Shown: piece after piece, positions 8,997 through 19,256 of the stretch
How positions within the stretch are numbered: position 1 is the first letter of the stretch
Layout: every line of letters begins with the position of its first letter
From: a virus
Taxonomy: Duplodnaviria > Caudoviricetes
IMG/VR virus record: IMGVR_UViG_3300021599_002177
Location: 1-52,651 of that record
DNA length: 52,651 nucleotides
Direction: 5' to 3' (one strand)
Translations under genes and position numbers: made by a program
Notes under the pieces: model-generated
Seen by the model: only the letters and a program-made list of their open reading frames with translations
Told to the model about the DNA's origin: nothing
Database searches by the model: none

Positions 8997-9124
8997 TCTT
9001 CTTTATCTTTTGGGATTAGTAAATCTAGCTCTTCCCACAGTTGTTTGATCTCAAGACTATCAAGTTTTTTCTTATAGTCTTCTGACTCTTTAAGGGTGTT
9101 TAGGTCTAGCTTCTTCTCTTTCAT
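8993..9124 (-). CDS. 43-aa hypothetical
   Basis: MKEKKLDLNTLKES...; fills the gap after the 419-aa gene. Confidence 0.45.
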   Translation of the reverse strand: MKEKKLDLNTLKESEDYKKKLDSLEIKQLWEELDLLIPKDKED

Positions 9125-9129
9125 CTATC

Positions 9130-10389
9130 TTAAAGAAGATCAAACCAAGAAATAGAGCCAACAACGCTGCCAGTGCCAGATAAAGTTTTAGCTGCTATTA
9201 CATATACATCGCTAATTGGGCCACCATTAGCTGACGGATTAGTTCTTCCAAGCTGTAAAGCAAAATTTGCTAACCCGTCAATATCAAGACCTACTGCAGC
9301 ACTTTTTCCTGAAGCACCTGGAGAAGAGCTACCAGCCAAGAAATATTCGCCAACAACAGTTCCGCCAGTCATAGAAGTAGCTGTGTTATTGTATTCAACA
9401 TTTGCATTTGAATGAGTTGACCAAGTTCCAGTAGTTATTTGATTAGGGTTTCTGATAAGAGAGATAACAAAGTTTGCATCTGTTATTGGAAGAGCAGAAA
9501 AGTTAGATGGAAGAATAACGGAGTCTTCTCGACCAGCTGCAAGTTTAATTGCTACAAGTGGATAGTAAGAAGTGCCAACCGATACAGCTGTGTCACGAGA
9601 TGCTGTCCATGAGATTGACTGCTTTTGGTATCCACCATTTGAGATTACAGAAATACATATTTGTTTCATAGAGCTAGAGGATGTTGTCACTCCTGTGTTT
9701 TCTATTTCATATCTGCAAGGAAGTGAAGCTGTAGTCATATAAACACGATCAAGATGGTTTGCATGATTGAATTGATGAACTGGGATAAAGTATCCATCAA
9801 TAGCAAAGCCCATTCGTACTGCGCCAACGCCTAGCCATTCTATTTCTGTAAATAAAATTTGAGCTTTTGAAAGATCAAGGGTGATGTCGCTTGGACCATT
9901 ACCATCTAATGTGTCAATATTCCACTGAGACTGTGGAATTCTTGTTTCTACAATTTGACCAGTTGTGTAATCTCTTTTAACTAGGTTTACTGTTGTTCCA
10001 TCTAACTCTAGATAAAAACCGTTATAGATGGAAAAATATCCTGCTCTTTGTCTGAGATTGGCTTTAGGAGGATTGAATACAAAAGTCTGAAGAATTTGAA
10101 GAGATTTGCCTGGTTGGTATGAAAAAACCTTTTTTGTTTCTCTATAGAGCTTGTCTCCAGAAGCAGTGCCAACTGTTAGTAAAGCGGTGCTTTGTTCTTG
10201 GACATGGGTAGCTGATGCTGTACCTGATGTGTAGTCACTGAAGTCACCGTTCTGGCTATACCTATGAGAAGCGTCAAAAAGAGTAAATCCCTCAGATACC
10301 TTGATTCTTCCAAAAACATCTGTTCGGAAGCTTGCATAGCCATGCTGAGCTACATTAGGAACTTTACCCTGTGCGTTGGTATTGGCCAT
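9130..10389 (-). CDS. Putative virion structural protein, beta-rich
   Basis: Ser/Thr/Gly-rich; DxFGRxxVS..TLFD, YQPGKS, EWLGVG motifs recalled from aquatic phage structural proteins. Confidence 0.55.
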   Translation of the reverse strand: MANTNAQGKVPNVAQHGYASFRTDVFGRIKVSEGFTLFDASHRYSQNGDFSDYTSGTASATHVQEQSTALLTVGTASGDKLYRETKKVFSYQPGKSLQILQTFVFNPPKANLRQRAGYFSIYNGFYLELDGTTVNLVKRDYTTGQIVETRIPQSQWNIDTLDGNGPSDITLDLSKAQILFTEIEWLGVGAVRMGFAIDGYFIPVHQFNHANHLDRVYMTTASLPCRYEIENTGVTTSSSSMKQICISVISNGGYQKQSISWTASRDTAVSVGTSYYPLVAIKLAAGREDSVILPSNFSALPITDANFVISLIRNPNQITTGTWSTHSNANVEYNNTATSMTGGTVVGEYFLAGSSSPGASGKSAAVGLDIDGLANFALQLGRTNPSANGGPISDVYVIAAKTLSGTGSVVGSISWFDLL

Positions 10390-10390
10390 A

Positions 10391-10705
10391 TTAGATTAAG
10401 CCAAATTCATCCATGAGGATTCCTCTTGGCTTTGCTCCTGTGATTCTCTTAGTTTCTTTTCCATCTTCAAAAACAATAATGGTTGGGATACTACTAATCT
10501 TAAGCTCTGCAGTCAGACCCGAGTTTTCATCTGCATTAACCTTGTAAATGGTGATCTGCTCTGGAAAGTCCTCAGCTAAAGCTTCAAGGATAGGGGCAAC
10601 CATTCTGCATGGGCCACACCATTCAGCCCAAAAGTCAACTACAACCTTGCCCTTAGATGTGAGCACATCTACTGCAAAGTTTTTGGATGAGGTTTCTTTT
10701 AGCAC
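10391..10705 (-). CDS. trxA: Thioredoxin
   Basis: VVVDFWAEWCGPC...SIPT. Confidence 0.95.
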   Translation of the reverse strand: MLKETSSKNFAVDVLTSKGKVVVDFWAEWCGPCRMVAPILEALAEDFPEQITIYKVNADENSGLTAELKISSIPTIIVFEDGKETKRITGAKPRGILMDEFGLI

Positions 10706-10714
10706 TTATCTATT

Positions 10715-10996
10715 TTACAGGTCTTTTCTTTGGTGATTAACGGAAGAAGGACTGTCATGGCCACAAGATCTTACATATTTAGACACATAACGAAGTATTT
10801 GTTCTGACTTCCAAGTAGGGTCAAAGTGCATCTTTTCTATCTCTGATGCAAGCTCTTCTACCCAAGCTTCATGCCCCCATCCAAACTTAGGCTCTAATAG
10901 TCTTTTAGCTGCACCACGAAAACTACTATCGGCTACCACGCCATTCTCCTTCTCTCTTTGATATTTAAGTATCATTCCAAGCCTAGGACTTAACAT
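10715..10996 (-). CDS. Hypothetical (start uncertain)
   Basis: ORF in operon context only. Confidence 0.5.
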   Translation of the reverse strand: MLSPRLGMILKYQREKENGVVADSSFRGAAKRLLEPKFGWGHEAWVEELASEIEKMHFDPTWKSEQILRYVSKYVRSCGHDSPSSVNHQRKDL

Positions 10997-11715
10997 TTAT
11001 AGCTTTTCTTGTCCCAGTAAAGGCGCTTATATCCTCCCCAAAAGAAATTGCGAATTGGGGTATTAATTTTTTCAATCTTGTCTGGATCATAAGGCATGAT
11101 CTCTCTTTCCCAGCTCTCTCTTTTAAATGGGATCATTTGATAGAGAGGTGTTCCTTTTGGAATTACTCCTGAAAAACCTTGCTTTAGGTAGAAAGGTAGG
11201 TTTGATCTGATATTAGCGTGGGTATAAGAATCACTATCTACAATCCCAGTTGTAACTCGGAAAGGTAGATCTTCTCTGTTTAAAGGACTGGTGTACATCA
11301 TGCTCCAACCTTTTGGAAGTTCTGGTGTCCAAGGTGGGTGGAAAGTAAATTCAACTGGGTAATACTCTTCTTTTGAAAATAAAGTTTGCACATTCAATCT
11401 AACGCTCACCATGTCGGGAGCTCCAGGAGTGTAGTAATTAAGTTTTTCTTCTCCGTTTTCATCTTTTACTATATTAAATGCCATGTCTTGCCATGACTCT
11501 TGAATATATCCTGTAGTAAAAGTATCAGCGAAAGGCATGCAATGTCTTATGGTCACGTTGGCTTTTCCAGTGTTAACATCAAACTCTGGCTTATTATTGT
11601 TGGTAGCAAATGAGGGAATAGTTTTGTACCACTCTGGCAGATATAGTCTGGCTGGTTGAGGTGGTGGAACTATTAAAGAAATTTGCTCACTTGAAGGATT
11701 AAATTTAACTTTCAT
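10990..11715 (-). CDS. DUF6065-like protein
   Basis: PQPA..LPEWY, T.RHCMPF.D...GY, GIVDSD, NLPF, IPKGTP..QMIPFKRE. Confidence 0.7.
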   Translation of the reverse strand: MKVKFNPSSEQISLIVPPPQPARLYLPEWYKTIPSFATNNNKPEFDVNTGKANVTIRHCMPFADTFTTGYIQESWQDMAFNIVKDENGEEKLNYYTPGAPDMVSVRLNVQTLFSKEEYYPVEFTFHPPWTPELPKGWSMMYTSPLNREDLPFRVTTGIVDSDSYTHANIRSNLPFYLKQGFSGVIPKGTPLYQMIPFKRESWEREIMPYDPDKIEKINTPIRNFFWGGYKRLYWDKKSYKC

Positions 11716-12136
11716 TTGTTTTCCTCATTTCTTCCTCTAAGTCTTTCATTGACATAGTTTTATGTTCTACATCATTATTTTCGGAGTGCAGCTTGAAAGT
11801 TCTTCCTTCATTATTTGAATAGGCATCATAATTACGAATACTTTGCCAAATGTCGTCTCCAACCTTTACCCACTCCATAGGTTCATCTGTGAGAGGAGCT
11901 AGGTTTTCATAACGAATTAAACGAGTCAAAGTCTCTAAACAATGATCTGAAGCCTCTTCTGTTAAATTCATAGCGTTATATGCTTCAAGGACAGAAACAT
12001 ACCAGAGGGTAACCTTTGGGTCTTCTTTTATAAGACTTAACTCAACAATTGCATGTTTAGACATCGCCGATAAATTCGTGGGAATAACTCCACCTTTCGT
12101 TGTTGAGCGCCCACCTTGTTTTCTTTGTTTGCCCAT
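11705..12136 (-). CDS. Hypothetical phage protein (true start probably at MSKHA)
   Basis: LAPLTDEP.EW..V....WQS.R motif; N-terminus of track ORF overlaps upstream gene. Confidence 0.6.
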   Translation of the reverse strand: MGKQRKQGGRSTTKGGVIPTNLSAMSKHAIVELSLIKEDPKVTLWYVSVLEAYNAMNLTEEASDHCLETLTRLIRYENLAPLTDEPMEWVKVGDDIWQSIRNYDAYSNNEGRTFKLHSENNDVEHKTMSMKDLEEEMRKTNES

Positions 12137-13136
12137 CTGTCCTCCTCATGTGGTTCTTCGAAGTAGGTTTCCACTTCGGAGAGTTGTCTCTATATTCCCC
12201 TAGTCTAGGGTGTGAAGTCTTAGAAAAGAAACGCTTTCCATTCTCTATATAATGCTGAGCTACTGCTTCTGAGATGCGTGGCCCAAAACCAAAACCCTGA
12301 TAATCAGGATGAACTACTAATCTATGTTCTCTAAAAGCTGCTTTAACCGTTCCTGACGGATAAGACATAACGGATGAGAAACCAACTACTTTTCCTTCCC
12401 AGACAGCCAAGTAGTTGTGTGAGGCTTTGTTGAGAGACTCGGAGAGATAGTGGTGCTTAGAGAAGTACTCCCAAATGGAGTTTGAGCAAGGATATATGTC
12501 GAGTACCAGTTGAGGTCGTTGAAGATACCTTCCCGAGGTCCACTCACCACGATCAGTATCAATTACCCAATCAGGTTCGAGGAACTCTAAAACATCTCTG
12601 TGGCAAGTGGCAATTGTTATTTGCTTAATCCCATTACGTCTTACATATCTAGCCATAGCAGTCGAGGCTGCCTTAGCAACATTTCTATCAACAACAGAGG
12701 TAAATTCATCAAGGACTGCTCCATCATGCAGGGAACGAGCCAGCCCTGCTCTAAACTGTTGTCCATTAGATAGAGATTGGAATGGCTTAGCCCACTCAGG
12801 AACGCTCATAAGACCTGCTGCTGATAATCGTTCTACTGCATCTTCTGGTGAGTCAAAGTGAGAGGCAATGGCTTTTTTAGAGTCCCATAAGATTGGAGTA
12901 GCTTTTCCAAATTCTTTAAGCAAAGTTGACTTACCTGTGCCTGAAGCTCCAACAATAACTCCTATTGAATAATCTTTAGGCAGATCTTTTGGAACTTCAA
13001 AAGGATAAAACTTCTCTGTGCCATCTGTCTGGTAGTCAAATGGACGAATGACTTCCCACAGCAAATCGTCCATTTGAACTACTGACTCGAGAGGTTTCCT
13101 TGCCCTCTCAAGACTAGTGTATTTAGTTGTGCTCAT
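12057..13136 (-). CDS. ABC-type ATPase fused to GNAT acetyltransferase
   Basis: Walker A GASGTGKS, signature LSNGQ, Walker B VLDEF, H-loop ATCH; GNAT motif A RLVVHPDYQGFGFG. Confidence 0.85.
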   Translation of the reverse strand: MSTTKYTSLERARKPLESVVQMDDLLWEVIRPFDYQTDGTEKFYPFEVPKDLPKDYSIGVIVGASGTGKSTLLKEFGKATPILWDSKKAIASHFDSPEDAVERLSAAGLMSVPEWAKPFQSLSNGQQFRAGLARSLHDGAVLDEFTSVVDRNVAKAASTAMARYVRRNGIKQITIATCHRDVLEFLEPDWVIDTDRGEWTSGRYLQRPQLVLDIYPCSNSIWEYFSKHHYLSESLNKASHNYLAVWEGKVVGFSSVMSYPSGTVKAAFREHRLVVHPDYQGFGFGPRISEAVAQHYIENGKRFFSKTSHPRLGEYRDNSPKWKPTSKNHMRRTDGQTKKTRWALNNERWSYSHEFIGDV

Positions 13137-13936
13137 TCGTCAACAAGATTTTCTTTAATTAAGTTAAGCAATATCTTATGAGTTTTGCTGTTTTTAAATT
13201 GACTATATCTTTCTTCCCATGACGAGAAGAGTCCGAATGTAAACCTATAATCTCTACAGCTTGTACTAATAGATTGAATTTCTTTAGTAATTTTAAATCT
13301 CTTTAGAACAACTTTCTTGTCTGTCATAAATCTTGCATAAAACAAAGGATCATTTTTACTAATCTTAAACTCATCTACTCCTTGCCATAGCTGGAAGTCG
13401 CAGTTAACTTCTCTATACCAAGCTCCGATATTAAAGGTTCCACTAATAAAAGCTCCATAATCAGAGTAATCTGTCTTGTGAAAATATGGAGGAGTTACTT
13501 CTATCTGTAGATCTTCTTCACAAAAGAAAATATAAAACATATGATAAGAAAAAATATGCTGATTGTTTATACTAGGAAGTCTCTTAATTGCACCTGCAAT
13601 GGTCTCTTCTCTTAAGCTTTCTGAAGCTTTTGATTCTGTATCTACTTTAAAATAACTTTCAACTTGATTGCGATAGACAAAAGTATTCTTGAACATGTCT
13701 GCGACAGCTGGGCAGTAAAGGTAATTATCGGATGCAGACTCTTTATTTCGTTGAGATTTGAACTCATCTAAACAATTTTCTGGATCTACATAAAGCATGT
13801 TCCAAGAAGGATAGACAACAGATAGAGGGATTGGCTCATTTTCATTCTTAGGATCTCTCATATACTTTGTGGTAGGCAGCAGAGAGTCGTAAGCAGGTGC
13901 CCAATAAACTATTATTTCTTCTTGCTTCTTCTTCAT
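13133..13936 (-). CDS. 'VVYWxP' paralogue family, copy 3
   Basis: IVYWAP, CPA, FFCEE, TPPY, WYRE, FQLW, KENL; TATGAT-N6-ATG. Confidence 0.75.
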   Translation of the reverse strand: MKKKQEEIIVYWAPAYDSLLPTTKYMRDPKNENEPIPLSVVYPSWNMLYVDPENCLDEFKSQRNKESASDNYLYCPAVADMFKNTFVYRNQVESYFKVDTESKASESLREETIAGAIKRLPSINNQHIFSYHMFYIFFCEEDLQIEVTPPYFHKTDYSDYGAFISGTFNIGAWYREVNCDFQLWQGVDEFKISKNDPLFYARFMTDKKVVLKRFKITKEIQSISTSCRDYRFTFGLFSSWEERYSQFKNSKTHKILLNLIKENLVDE

Positions 13937-14053
13937 ATGTAGATCATAGACTAAGACACGCCAAAAGTCCAGGGGCTGTCCATAATAATATAGGCTAGTA
14001 TTCTTCTCGTGTGTGGATTAAAAACTATAATAAAGATTTAATTAAGGAGAAAA

Positions 14054-14434
14054 ATGGCACTTCACAATCATTTATTATTAAATGGATATACAAACACGCC
14101 TCCTACAGATGAGGCAGAGACAATTGAGTGGATGCGTAAACTTGTAGACACTATTGGAATGAAAGTAATTCAAGGACCCTATGCTTCTTATGTAACTAAA
14201 GAAGGAAACAGAGGTCTGACTTGCGTAGTGATGATTGAGACTTCTCATATTGCTTTGCATGTGTGGGATGAAGAAGAGCCAGCTTTTATTCAATTTGATC
14301 TTTACACTTGTGGTCTACTTCCAGAAGGAATTATTATAGACAAACTAAGAGAAGAGCTAGGTTTGTTTGAGTCTAGTTATGTAGTTTTAGAAAGAAGTAG
14401 TGGTTTTGATGTTGTTAGTCAGAGAGATTTTTAA
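14054..14434 (+). CDS. speD: S-adenosylmethionine decarboxylase proenzyme
   Basis: G.T..V.IETSHIALHVW.E....QFDLYTCG; self-cleavage Ser in ETSH; AAGGAG RBS. Confidence 0.85.
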   Translation: MALHNHLLLNGYTNTPPTDEAETIEWMRKLVDTIGMKVIQGPYASYVTKEGNRGLTCVVMIETSHIALHVWDEEEPAFIQFDLYTCGLLPEGIIIDKLREELGLFESSYVVLERSSGFDVVSQRDF

Positions 14435-15111
14435 TGGGAAGTAATGTTCCAGATAACACTATTGCTATCTTTTATAAAGAAGACTTCAATTTAAATGATA
14501 GACGTGTTGAAAAAATGGTCTACAAAGCTGAAGCAGACAGACTCTGGTTCCCTGAAGAGCTATATAAAATTAGCCCTATAGTGAAAGGGAACTCTTGTGG
14601 TTTTTTAGTTTCGGCTGAGTATGAGTTTAAAGTCCATTGGAACGGTGGGGATAGCGCTGACTCTATCTCTATAAACATACCAAATGAAGAAGCAAGAAAA
14701 TATGGTCACCCAGATATTGTCTCAACTCTTGGTTCAGGAATTTTTACTGTAAACATTCCTTTTCTTCTTAAGACTCCTCCTAATGTAAATATCTTAACTA
14801 TTAACCCTCCCAACTACATTCTTCCTTTATCTACAGTTATGACTAGTATGATAGAAAGTGATACTCTAAAAACTAACTTTACTTTCAACATTAAGATCCA
14901 AGTTCCTGACGCAGAGATTACTTTTCCTGCAGGACACCCGATTGGAGCGTTTATCCCAGTTCCAAAGCATTACATTGAGAACTTTGATTTAACCCCAGCT
15001 AACGAACTCTTTGACGATAAAACAATCAAAAAAGAACTTAAGAACTGTGCAGAAGCTGATGAGCTATATAATGCTAATATTTATGTAAAGGAAGGAAGTA
15101 AGTCAAGATGA
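14434..15111 (+). CDS. DUF6065 family protein
   Basis: WNGG, GSGIFT, KTPPNVN...PPNY, IESD, FTFN, G.PIG.FIP. Confidence 0.75.
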   Translation: MGSNVPDNTIAIFYKEDFNLNDRRVEKMVYKAEADRLWFPEELYKISPIVKGNSCGFLVSAEYEFKVHWNGGDSADSISINIPNEEARKYGHPDIVSTLGSGIFTVNIPFLLKTPPNVNILTINPPNYILPLSTVMTSMIESDTLKTNFTFNIKIQVPDAEITFPAGHPIGAFIPVPKHYIENFDLTPANELFDDKTIKKELKNCAEADELYNANIYVKEGSKSR

Positions 15112-15431
15112 AGTGCAGTAAATGCCAGTTTGAGCAGATGCCAAACAATATCAAAATACTAATCTCTCATGCTCAACAAGAGATTGTAGAAGGAAATTTT
15201 AAAGAGGTTCCAAAAGTAATATGGAGCGAAGGTCATTTTGTTCTTGTAGATACCGTTGAAGAAGGTCAACAAGAGTTTAAAATTGTTATTTATGATCCAA
15301 GACCTGAAGAAAAGTTTATTAACGAAGAATTACATGAAAAAGAAAAGCTTGAAGCTAGAATCTATGCAGCAAAAGAAGAAGCTGAAAAAGAAGAATTTAA
15401 TAAGTTAATAGAAGATCACTCTTCTAAATAA
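15108..15431 (+). CDS. Hypothetical
   Basis: ATGA overlap with upstream gene. Confidence 0.6.
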   Translation: MKCSKCQFEQMPNNIKILISHAQQEIVEGNFKEVPKVIWSEGHFVLVDTVEEGQQEFKIVIYDPRPEEKFINEELHEKEKLEARIYAAKEEAEKEEFNKLIEDHSSK

Positions 15432-15622
15432 TCCATATCGTCATAGATCTCGTAAGCTTTTTCCATAAGAGCATCTTCATACTTCACAAAGTGATGACGG
15501 CAGAAAAATAAGTCGCCAGACTCGAATCTGACCATGTAAAACGCTTTTGCGTTGCAACTATCGCAACGGTCTTGTGGACCTATTGCTTTAATTGGTTCAA
15601 TTGTCGCCGAAGAAGAGTCCAT
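15416..15622 (-). CDS. Small zinc-binding protein (actinobacterial type)
   Basis: DRCDSC.A.A...L.FCRHH. Confidence 0.7.
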   Translation of the reverse strand: MDSSSATIEPIKAIGPQDRCDSCNAKAFYMVRFESGDLFFCRHHFVKYEDALMEKAYEIYDDMDYLEE

Positions 15623-15836
15623 ATAGCTCCTTACATGTTGGACAGATTGGGAACCTTTCTGGGTCCCTAGATGGAATCCATTTCTTTCCGCAAAGGGCAG
15701 TTACTTGGACACCCTCCACATAGGCTTTCATAGCTTCTTCTTTTGAAACATAGTGAGCAAAGCGGTCATGGTCTCCGTCTCCATGATCCAGCTCTGGTTG
15801 TGTATCGAGGTCTAGACCTCCGACTGCTTCGCTCAT
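15597..15836 (-). CDS. DUF3039-like protein
   Basis: GDHDRFAHYV...VTALCGKKWIPSRDP..FPICPTCKELY. Confidence 0.85.
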   Translation of the reverse strand: MSEAVGGLDLDTQPELDHGDGDHDRFAHYVSKEEAMKAYVEGVQVTALCGKKWIPSRDPERFPICPTCKELYGLFFGDN

Positions 15837-16550
15837 GCTTTAATTTTAGTCCTAATTGGTTGTAGTGATTTAAGTACTGTTTCTTTTGGCATAGAAGCTA
15901 TATGAGAAGAAACATCCTTAGAGCCATAACTTACAAGAAAATCATCACCTTGTTCGCACAATCCAGCTGCAAACTCGACTCCCATATTCTCAAAAATAAA
16001 ACCTCTACCAATCAAAGTAGGGACTTCTATCGTAAGGTGTCATCCAGTTCTTTTCTGGTCTAACCCCATCTATTCCTGGTAATTTTTTAAAAGACTCTAT
16101 CGCATTAAGTTCTTTATTAAGACGACATATAGACATTCGAGCTACTTCTGTGTGACCCTTCTCCATAGTGACAGCTGAGAAGTGCCATGCGCCATTACGA
16201 TAGAAAAGCTTTGGATCTTCAAGACCTCTACGAATTTCGCCTTCGCTCGATATGTTCTTTACGTCTAACTGTCTAACATTATTAAGTTTATAAGTTTTTG
16301 GATCAAGTTCAGCTATATAAATCTTACTTCTAATAAGACCTTCTACAACTACTTTATATTCGCCTTTTTCTGTAATAACATAGTTTCCAGAACGAAACAT
16401 AGCAATGTATCCAGTTGATTTGTGATATCCAATGGATAGATTTGTAGCTGACCGCTCTCTTACTTCTGGGTCAGCCAAGCGTCTAACATTATGAATCTTT
16501 CCACCAAGCTGATGGACTGTTGGGTAGTCACGTTCTAATTTAGTCGACAT
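15833..16550 (-). pseudogene. Beta-propeller glycoside hydrolase-like gene split into 16005-16550 and 15833-16015
   Basis: N.SI, GLEDPKL, EKNW in 5' part; VEFAAGL...SYG..D in another frame; intervening blades seem absent. Confidence 0.55.
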
Positions 16551-17328
16551 AGATCACCTTAGGATATCTATCTACAACTCCACTTACTTTTTTAGATAGA
16601 GCAAATATGTTATCGCCTGTGTGTTGAAGTTTTATACCAACCTGCTCAAGACGAAGGCCAATTGAAATATTTGGTTCTTCAAATGAATCTTCAGTCCATG
16701 TTGATCCGTCAAACCCTGCAGCTTTAAGAACTGCTGCAAGTGAGTGAATGCTGTATTCATAGTTATGTCTATAGCGTGATCTGTCGTGACGATACTGCAT
16801 GTAAAAGTATGGCTCAATGCCATTGATGATTTTATGTATTGCCCATGTGCTAGCGCAATTGGGGGTTGTAATTAAAAGGGTTCCTCCGACTTTAAGAACT
16901 CTATTCATCTCTGAAAGCATGTACATGGGGTCGACCTCCATGTGCTCAATAACTTCCGAGAGGAGTATGAAGTCGAAGGAATTATCGTCGAAGGGAAGAG
17001 GTTCGTCTTCAATATTGACGCGACCAACTTTCAGATTGATTGATTCATCTTGAAGTGTAAAAGTGTCTTCACCGAGTTTAGGTTTATCTAAGTTGAAATC
17101 TGTAACGGTTACATCTAACTCTGGTGCAAGCTTATTAAGAACAAGAGGGATTAGGGCTGTCGTTCCTACTTCTAGGAACTTTCCTTGAGGTTTCTGATCA
17201 AGAATGACTTGAAGTATTCTTGCCATGCGACGAGCGTGGCCATAGTGATATGAGTCAGTATCTTTGATAAGTGGCTCTATTGCTCCAACAATCTCTGGAG
17301 ATATATCTTTATAAGTATCAAGAATCAT
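16540..17328 (-). CDS. Class I SAM-dependent methyltransferase
   Basis: LEVG, LPFDDNSFD, EVIEHM, RVLKVGG.L.ITTPN. Confidence 0.88.
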   Translation of the reverse strand: MILDTYKDISPEIVGAIEPLIKDTDSYHYGHARRMARILQVILDQKPQGKFLEVGTTALIPLVLNKLAPELDVTVTDFNLDKPKLGEDTFTLQDESINLKVGRVNIEDEPLPFDDNSFDFILLSEVIEHMEVDPMYMLSEMNRVLKVGGTLLITTPNCASTWAIHKIINGIEPYFYMQYRHDRSRYRHNYEYSIHSLAAVLKAAGFDGSTWTEDSFEEPNISIGLRLEQVGIKLQHTGDNIFALSKKVSGVVDRYPKVIYVD

Positions 17329-17331
17329 TAG

Positions 17332-17682
17332 CTAAACACCTAGGAAATGCTTAACTAAAAAGGTAGCTGCTAAAAGCGTCCAGATAATGTTAAACCATAT
17401 AATAGTTGGTAGTGTCTTAATAGTTGCTGACCATATGAGCAAGATGCTTGTTATAAATGCAAAAATATAAAGCCACCATATTGATATACCAAAAAGTAGA
17501 CCAGGGATAATAATTAAAGCTTTTGTTGTAAAAGCAAGGAACTCGACTGTGTTTGGAATATTCCAATAAGCTTTTGTTTTCATTGTCTTTAATGCATTAA
17601 TCCATTGAAAATGCTTGCGAATATTCCCGTCAAAGACTTCTGCATTTGTGAAGAAGTTTGGGTCTTTATAGTTTTTTACCAT
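17332..17682 (-). CDS. Membrane protein (about 3 TM)
   Basis: Hydrophobic segments. Confidence 0.7.
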   Translation of the reverse strand: MVKNYKDPNFFTNAEVFDGNIRKHFQWINALKTMKTKAYWNIPNTVEFLAFTTKALIIIPGLLFGISIWWLYIFAFITSILLIWSATIKTLPTIIWFNIIWTLLAATFLVKHFLGV

Positions 17683-19256
17683 GTCTCAATCTCCCTCTTC
17701 ATGTATCTAACAAATTTCTTATGATCAACGCACCACTCTTCAACTACTTCATCTTGTACTTTTTTCATAGTATTAAAGTTGTACTCTAAGTCTGGAAAAG
17801 TTACATTGTAGGGGAGAGATTCTTTTGAATGTTTATCTATATTAAACTGACCAATTCCTAAAGCAATTTGATACCAGTTCTCTGCTTGCCAGAAAAGATC
17901 ACTAAAATCTGAAAAACAAAGCAGACGGTATTCTGATATATCAATAAGATCTTTTACTATCTCTGGGGCATTTTCTTTAGTGAACTTCTTCCAGAACTTT
18001 GTATCATCTCTTCCAGACATGTAGTGAAAGTAGATAAAAGCTAGTACATCTTCATTTAACATGCGGAACTTCTTATTAAAATCTTGAACTATTCTTTCGT
18101 CTATAGTGTGCAATGTTTCTGGTTTGGTAAGTACAAATGAAAGAGTAATGATTGACATCCAAATAGAAGTAGCCTCTAAAGGTTCTACAAATCCAGAACA
18201 AAGTCCTACGCTAATGACATTGTTGACCCAAGGTGTTTCGTAGTATCCAGGTTCAAAATTTATTACTCTAGGTACTTCAACCTTAGTTCCAAAATACTCT
18301 TCTGCTTCCTTCTGAGCTTCTTGTGAATTTATTAATGTGGAGTCAAAGACATAACCACAGCCGTAACGTTCTTGTAGAGGGATCTTCCAGATCCACCCAT
18401 ACTTCATAGCTATTGCTTCTGTGTGAGGTGGGATTGCTTCCTCTTCCATAGGAAGGAAGAAAGGAATTGCAGAGTTAACTGGTAGTTTATCTTTGTATGA
18501 GATCCACTTTGATTCAAACTTTTTAGGAAAGAATTTGTTGAATCCAGAGCAATCAAAGACAAAATCTGTTTCAATCACTGTTCCATCTTTTAGAACTAAA
18601 GTTTTTACATCTTTATTCTTATCTTGAGTAAAATCTTCAACAATCCCTTCTACAAGAGTAATCCCTCTTTCTATAGCTATAGCTTTTAGAGATCTTGCTA
18701 GACGCACTGCATCAAAGTGAAGAGCATAGTTAGAAATCTTTTCAAACTGCGCCACTGGATTTTCGCTTGATAAATCTTGTTTTCTTTTGTCGTACATAAA
18801 AGAAACTTTATTTTCTTTTGAAAGCTTTGCATGAAGATCATATTCTCTCTGATCTACTCCAAGATACGAGCCAGTCACATAAATTGACGGTACATCTTGT
18901 AAATATCTAGGCTCTTGTTGGTAGCCTTGAGTTGCAACATTTCCAAATGGTTTAAAAGAGTGATGGTAGAAATCATCGCTACCTTTGTTATTCCAGTTTG
19001 TGAATTTGATTGAAGTCTTTAGCGTTGCTCCTGCTTCTTTTAAGAAAGTAGATACTGGTATGTTTAGAATCTCTAGCAAGTCAACAAAATGAGGGGTAGA
19101 GCCTTCTCCAGCTCCTACAATGCCAATCTCTTCAGACTCTATAAGAGTAATCTTTTTTGTTGGCATTATGGTGTTTATATAAAGAGCAGCTAACCAACCT
19201 GCAGTTCCACCACCTAAAACACACACATTCTCTACAGAGCGAAGATTAGTTGTCAT
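17676..19256 (-). CDS. Flavin-dependent tryptophan halogenase family protein
   Basis: GGGTAGW, GAGEGS, DCSGF, WIWKIP (WxWxIP), GFVEPLEATSI. Confidence 0.9.
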   Translation of the reverse strand: MTTNLRSVENVCVLGGGTAGWLAALYINTIMPTKKITLIESEEIGIVGAGEGSTPHFVDLLEILNIPVSTFLKEAGATLKTSIKFTNWNNKGSDDFYHHSFKPFGNVATQGYQQEPRYLQDVPSIYVTGSYLGVDQREYDLHAKLSKENKVSFMYDKRKQDLSSENPVAQFEKISNYALHFDAVRLARSLKAIAIERGITLVEGIVEDFTQDKNKDVKTLVLKDGTVIETDFVFDCSGFNKFFPKKFESKWISYKDKLPVNSAIPFFLPMEEEAIPPHTEAIAMKYGWIWKIPLQERYGCGYVFDSTLINSQEAQKEAEEYFGTKVEVPRVINFEPGYYETPWVNNVISVGLCSGFVEPLEATSIWMSIITLSFVLTKPETLHTIDERIVQDFNKKFRMLNEDVLAFIYFHYMSGRDDTKFWKKFTKENAPEIVKDLIDISEYRLLCFSDFSDLFWQAENWYQIALGIGQFNIDKHSKESLPYNVTFPDLEYNFNTMKKVQDEVVEEWCVDHKKFVRYMKREIETW

